A DNA stretch of 64,000 nt, from positions 12,274 to 76,273 of the forward strand of contig JAURXM010000075.1 in NCBI GenBank assembly GCA_030654395.1, given 5' to 3'. The stretch is from Aquabacterium sp. GTDB lineage: Bacteria > Pseudomonadota > Gammaproteobacteria > Burkholderiales > Burkholderiaceae_C. The position numbers were made by a program, and so were the translations under genes. Below, piece after piece: positions 59,615 to 64,000 of the stretch; the stretch's first letter is position 1; the number at the start of each line of letters is the position of its first letter. The notes beneath the pieces are model-generated. The model did not search any database, was not told the DNA's origin, and was given only the letters and a program-made list of their open reading frames with translations.

Positions 59615-60712
59615 TCAACGCCCCGGCGTGGCGCTGGCTTGCTTCTCGGGCCACTCAACTTCTGAGGGACTCGTGCACTCCAAGTCAGAGGGGCTCATGT
59701 CGCAGCGAATGCGCTTGAGTATCTTCAACGCGCGCTTATCATAAAAGCCGGCTTCTGCAATTTCCATGCGCCCATCTCGCAACATCTGTATATAACGCCC
59801 CAAGTCAGCCGAAGGAATATCCATCCAGACCTTCGCTGGCAACTCCGATTCGGATTTTTGAATCATGGCCAATGTTGGCTCAAACTGACTTAGCCAGTAT
59901 TGCCGAGCCCTCAATCCGGCATCAGCAGGGAACTTGGTCTTGTTGATGATGATTTGATACGTCAACAACGCCATAGGCATGCGCGAGATCGCCCCCTTGG
60001 TGCCGATGCCCTTGTACAACTCAAGCGGCTTATAGGCCAAGGCTGGCGCAAAAATCACATCCACTAAGCCGTTATTGAACTTGCTGGCGAAGTTGGTGAT
60101 ATCGGAAGGCACAGGCTGTGCGCCCATACGTGTGATCACCATCGCCTGCAGCTTGTCGACTTCTAAAGCGGCGATGCGCTTCCCGGCCGCCGCTTCAACG
60201 CTGTTGATCTTGCGGTCATTGACAAAAGGAAAGGCTGCGCCCATCGGGATGATGCCTGCGACCTCATACTGTCCTTGAACCATCAGCTTGGATGCACCGG
60301 GCGAGGCCAAAACTTGAATCGCCTTATGCAGCACCTCGTAGCTGGCATTCATATCGATCTTGCCGCCTCGGGCAACCGTGGTCGCACCCATGGCGTCGAG
60401 TGTCGCGGCCACGATGTTATACGGCTTACTGCGAAATGAAGTCACCGCCATCGCATCACACTGGCCACTGCGGAAATCATCTACAGCGACACGCTCGTCG
60501 GTGTAAGCCTTCAAGGTGATATCCATACCGATATTGAGCTTTTGCATCGCCAGCACGAAGTCCTTGGCAGCGGCATAGGCGGGCCCACTGGCGCCGATGA
60601 TGTCCCAGACACATGCGGTCTGCCCAGCCAAAGCAGGCGCACTGAGCCCGCCAACCAAACTGAGAGCCAAAATACGCTTAGCGTAACTACGCTGAATTTG
60701 CCGTGAATTCAT
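59615..60712 (-). CDS. putative solute-binding protein (DUF6091/AdeT-like, TRAP-SBP fold)
   Basis: Signal peptide; CVWDIIG, YTDERVAVDDF..GQCD, FASKFNNG, YKPLELYKG. Confidence 0.75.
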   Translation of the reverse strand: MNSRQIQRSYAKRILALSLVGGLSAPALAGQTACVWDIIGASGPAYAAAKDFVLAMQKLNIGMDITLKAYTDERVAVDDFRSGQCDAMAVTSFRSKPYNIVAATLDAMGATTVARGGKIDMNASYEVLHKAIQVLASPGASKLMVQGQYEVAGIIPMGAAFPFVNDRKINSVEAAAGKRIAALEVDKLQAMVITRMGAQPVPSDITNFASKFNNGLVDVIFAPALAYKPLELYKGIGTKGAISRMPMALLTYQIIINKTKFPADAGLRARQYWLSQFEPTLAMIQKSESELPAKVWMDIPSADLGRYIQMLRDGRMEIAEAGFYDKRALKILKRIRCDMSPSDLECTSPSEVEWPEKQASATPGR

Positions 60713-60805
60713 TGAGCACTAACCTTTGATGGTGAGCATTCAATGTAGCCGATACAGGCTCAAACCCGCCCAAGGAGTTTCACCCAAAAATGGGGCCCAA
60801 TGCGA

Positions 60806-60840
60806 AACGCCGACAAGCAAAATACTTGTCGGCGTTCGTT
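60806..60840. terminator. hairpin downstream of tRNA-His
   Basis: AACGCCGACAAG-N7-CTTGTCGGCGTT perfect 12-bp stem. Confidence 0.7.
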
Positions 60841-60847
60841 TATAGGG

Positions 60848-60924
60848 TGGGGTGGCTAATGGGGCTCGAACCCACGACAACCAGAATCACAATCTGGGAC
60901 TCTACCAACTGAGCTATAGCCACC
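60848..60924 (-). tRNA. tRNA-His (GUG)
   Basis: GGTGGCTATAGCTCAGTTGGTAGAG..GATTGTGATTC..GGTTCGAGCCC..GCCACCCCA; includes G-1 and encoded CCA. Confidence 0.97.
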
Positions 60925-60963
60925 ACTGGAAAGAAGTAAATTATAGCGTCTTTTTTAATGCTT

Positions 60964-62901
60964 TTACGAAGCGGAGGCGGCTTTTTGTGTCTCCAAAGCT
61001 TTCTCTGTCACAGCCTTGCCTTCGTTAACGTATTCAACCTTGTACTGGCGCTTGAGTGCGCGGTAATAAGCATCTGCTTCAGCCTTACCCCAGTAACCAC
61101 CAAACTGGTTTTGAGTCTCAGTCAGTTCTTGCGGTGACATCTGCAATGGCAGCACTTTGTTGACCTTGACCAAGGCTGTACCTTCGGCGCCCAGATCAAC
61201 CACAGTCCAAGCTGGCATTTGCTTTTCAGAAACCCGCAAAGCAGCATCTAACACAGCAGCAGGTTGCGCAAAACCTGTGCGCCGTGACATTGACACAGAC
61301 GCAGGCAGCTGCGCCTTTTCCGGAGACTGCTTCCACAGCGCCATTTTTTGGACCGCATCGCTGTGTGCTGCCTTCAAGGCTTCAGCCGCGACCCAGCGTT
61401 CACGCAAAGTCACTTGTACCTGATCAAACGGCAGTCGCGTTGCAGCACTGTATTTAACGATGCGAGCGGACAATAACTTATTGGGCGCAATTTCAACCGC
61501 CTCTGTATTACGCCCTTTAGCTCGGTTGGCAGCGTCAAACAAAGCATCCAGCACGCGGCGATTTGACATCACCCCTTGGTCTTTGGCGCCAGGCTCCCGC
61601 TGCACATCATTCTGCGTTTGAACGCTGAGCTTGAGCTCATCGGCGATGGGTTTGAGGCTATCAGACTGCTCATAAACAGCATTGGTGAACCGCTCTGCTG
61701 CCGCTGCAAATTCACGTTGCGCCAACTGCTTGCGGGCATCATCTTCAAGTTGACCGCGCACAGCCTCGAAAGGCTGAGCGGAGCCACCACGCATCGCTGT
61801 CAACTGAATAATATGGAAACCAAAATCGCTCTCCACGACGCCGCTGAGTTGCCCTGTTTTGAGTGCGAACGCGGCTTCGTCGAAAGACTTGACCATGGCG
61901 CCACGACCAAAGAAGTCCAAGTCCCCACCAATGGCGGCAGAGCCAAGGTCATCAGAATTTTTCTTAGCCAACTCAGCAAACTGAGATGGGTTCTTTTGCA
62001 GCTGCGCCAGCAATTGATCTGCCTTAGCACGTGCGGTTTTTTTCTGTTCAGGCGTCGCGCTTTTTTCAGCTTTAATCAAAATGTGGCTAGCACGGCGCTC
62101 TTCAGGGGCCATGAATCGAGCTTGGTTTTCTTTGTATGAGCGGCGCAAGTCATCTTCACTGACGGCCACACGCTGCTTGAGCGCATTGATGTCCAGCAAC
62201 AAATACTGCACATCAGCTTTCTCTGGCGACGTCAACCAAGCACCGTTAGCTGGGTCTTTATAGAAGGCCTGCAGTTGCACGGGGGTGGGGCTGAGCTGTG
62301 TCGCGTACTGTTTAGGCTCAAACTTCGTCCACTGAACATCACGCACTTGCAAAAGCGCCTCAACAGCTTGCCTGTTAGATACGACAGATGACTGGGCAGC
62401 GCCCTGAACGCCAGACAGCACCTGACCAACGGTCAATTCTTGACGCAGCAAGGACTCAAGCTGTGGGGACGTCATACCGCGCGCCTCAAGCATCGCCTTG
62501 TTCAGGCTGCCATCCGCGTTACGCAATGCAGCAAACTGAGGGTCGGTTGCAAAAACACGAACCAACCGGGCGTTAGGCACACTCAGTTTTTGTTCTTGTG
62601 CGGCTGCGGCCAGCACGTACTGGCGAACCAGTGTCTCTAAAGATTGGCGCTTGTATTCGGGCAAATCGAGTGTCTTCGCATCGATGTCTGGCTTCTGTGC
62701 ACGCAAACGCTCCACCCAATTGCGGTGCGCATTGTCCCATTCACCCTGCGTGATGCTCTGCCCTTTGACTTTGGCAACGATGCCTTCATCGTTGGCGAAC
62801 CGCGAATAGCCCTCGATGCCAAAAACGAGAAAAGACGGCAGGATGAGCAACACCAAGATGAATTGGAGGATGCGGGTGTGCTTGCGAACGAAATCAAACA
62901 T
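60964..62901 (-). CDS. ppiD: periplasmic chaperone PpiD (SurA_N plus rotamase)
   Basis: N-terminal TM, RRASHILI, FAELAKKNSDD.GSA..GGDL, ESDFGFHII; downstream of hupB. Confidence 0.9.
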   Translation of the reverse strand: MFDFVRKHTRILQFILVLLILPSFLVFGIEGYSRFANDEGIVAKVKGQSITQGEWDNAHRNWVERLRAQKPDIDAKTLDLPEYKRQSLETLVRQYVLAAAAQEQKLSVPNARLVRVFATDPQFAALRNADGSLNKAMLEARGMTSPQLESLLRQELTVGQVLSGVQGAAQSSVVSNRQAVEALLQVRDVQWTKFEPKQYATQLSPTPVQLQAFYKDPANGAWLTSPEKADVQYLLLDINALKQRVAVSEDDLRRSYKENQARFMAPEERRASHILIKAEKSATPEQKKTARAKADQLLAQLQKNPSQFAELAKKNSDDLGSAAIGGDLDFFGRGAMVKSFDEAAFALKTGQLSGVVESDFGFHIIQLTAMRGGSAQPFEAVRGQLEDDARKQLAQREFAAAAERFTNAVYEQSDSLKPIADELKLSVQTQNDVQREPGAKDQGVMSNRRVLDALFDAANRAKGRNTEAVEIAPNKLLSARIVKYSAATRLPFDQVQVTLRERWVAAEALKAAHSDAVQKMALWKQSPEKAQLPASVSMSRRTGFAQPAAVLDAALRVSEKQMPAWTVVDLGAEGTALVKVNKVLPLQMSPQELTETQNQFGGYWGKAEADAYYRALKRQYKVEYVNEGKAVTEKALETQKAASAS

Positions 62902-62978
62902 GGCGTTGGGCCTGCTGTGGGCAGACATTCAGTGGCTTGGTTTTGTACCGCGCGTAAAAATGCGGGCTTCAGACAACA

Positions 62979-63002
62979 CAAAGGCGAACCATGGTTCGCC
63001 TT
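62979..63002 (-). terminator. terminator after tRNA-Val
   Basis: Palindrome AAGGCGAACCATGGTTCGCCTT followed by a short T-rich tail on the minus strand. Confidence 0.65.
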
Positions 63003-63016
63003 GGGATCGCTATCGG

Positions 63017-63092
63017 TGGTGGGTGCTGAGGGGCTCGAACCCCCGACCTACGCCTTGTAAGGGCGCCGCTCTACCAACTGAGCTAAGCACCC
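63017..63092 (-). tRNA. tRNA-Val (UAC)
   Basis: GGGTGCTTAGCTCAGTTGGTAGAGCGGCGCCCTTACAAGGCG..GGTTCGAGCCC..GCACCCACCA. Confidence 0.97.
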
Positions 63093-63120
63093 GACAGACT
63101 GACTGGCGTGTATTCTAATC

Positions 63121-63393
63121 TCAGTTTATGTGGTCTTTCAGACCCTTGCCCGGACGAAACTTGGCAACCTTGGCTTTTTTGATCTTGATGGCGTCACCCG
63201 TGCGGGGATTTCGGCCTGTACGGGCCGCTCGTGTGGACGATGAAAACGTGCCGAAACCGACCAAAGACACCGCATCGCCTTTTTTCAATGCGTCGCTTAC
63301 GCCGTCAATGACAGCCTCTAGTGCGCGCCCTGCGGCAGCCTTGGAGATGTCAGCTTGTTTGGCGATGTGTTCAATCAACTCAGACTTATTCAC
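63121..63393 (-). CDS. hupB: HU DNA-binding protein
   Basis: [29 protein letters not shown]. Confidence 0.96.
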   Translation of the reverse strand: MNKSELIEHIAKQADISKAAAGRALEAVIDGVSDALKKGDAVSLVGFGTFSSSTRAARTGRNPRTGDAIKIKKAKVAKFRPGKGLKDHIN

Positions 63394-63535
63394 GAAAACC
63401 CCTACTGAAAATGCAAAGCAGCAAGACCTACACCCTCCTGCGTGCTGGCAGGGCTTAATTGGGCTGAGCCAGCATCATCCACTGTCCTTCACGTACGGCC
63501 AACTCGGATATGCACGCTTGACATCAGACCCAAAA

Positions 63536-64000
63536 TTATCGTGCTTTGGCACGGATATCAGGAAGGGATTTTTGGAGGTAATAGACCATCGACCAAATGG
63601 TCAAACCACAGGCGATGTAAATCAGCCAAGTGCCCATCATCCGAGTGTGGAAACCAGGGACAACTTCTCCGTCGTACAGCAACAACACAATGGCTGCCAT
63701 CTGAGCGGTCGTTTTGAGCTTACCCAAAATGTGCACTGCCACGCTTCGTGATGCACCTATTTGCGCCATCCACTCACGCAGCGCAGAAATGGCAATTTCG
63801 CGCCCAATGATGATCAACGCAACGATGGTTGTGACGCGCCCCATCTGCAGCAATATCAGCAAGGATGCACAGACCAAAAACTTGTCCGCAACCGGATCCA
63901 AAAAGGCACCGAAGGCCGACGTCAAGTTCATGCGGCGGGCCAACCACCCATCTGCCCAATCCGTCAACGCCACGACGACAAACAAACCGCTGGCCAGCAG
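63536..64000 (-). CDS. pgsA: CDP-diacylglycerol--glycerol-3-phosphate 3-phosphatidyltransferase (5' end outside window)
   Basis: TDWADGWLAR, FGAFLDPVADK, REIAISALREWMA, GKLKT. Confidence 0.95.
   Translation of the reverse strand: MLASGLFVVVALTDWADGWLARRMNLTSAFGAFLDPVADKFLVCASLLILLQMGRVTTIVALIIIGREIAISALREWMAQIGASRSVAVHILGKLKTTAQMAAIVLLLYDGEVVPGFHTRMMGTWLIYIACGLTIWSMVYYLQKSLPDIRAKAR

Noticed and set aside
60848-63092. tRNA-His or tRNA-Val as integration sites
   Set aside because: No duplicated tRNA 3' end and no integrase found; flanking genes are core.

Overview
Betaproteobacterial (Burkholderiales, Sphaerotilaceae/Comamonadaceae-like) chromosomal DNA in two compositionally distinct halves. 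Bases 1 to ~20.6 kb are very GC-rich housekeeping DNA: aceA end, creatininase-like plus YVTN pair, ygfZ, mltG-tmk-holB-pilZ-tatD, suhB, trmJ-cysE, mog-yjgA-pmbA, a TRAP transporter, yqeY-rpsU. From ~20.6 kb to the end the DNA is clearly less GC-rich but still core genome: folK-pcnB-hda, plsY, dcd, a sigma54/NtrC-type nitrate assimilation cluster, an IOR-family oxidoreductase, riboflavin synthase, tRNA-His, ppiD, tRNA-Val, hupB, pgsA. This suggests a chimeric join near rpsU. The most unusual structure is at 43.1-54.2 kb. An XRE antitoxin and its apparent cognate HipA kinase are separated by a ~9.4 kb block bounded by a short direct repeat (CGAAAGCCGA). The block carries a Gcr-family membrane protein and MscS. 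A second ~5.7 kb cassette (LysR, YcaC, ABM, amidohydrolase, pirin, TMEM175) is nested in the 3' end of mscS, and a duplicated mscS tail now forms the LysR C-terminus. The nitrate cluster also encodes a Tat-exported tandem P-box (PilJ/NarX-like) protein and a membrane-anchored PP2C-Ser/Thr kinase, a candidate uncharacterised nitrate-signalling module. All calls come from motif recognition by eye; no searches were run.
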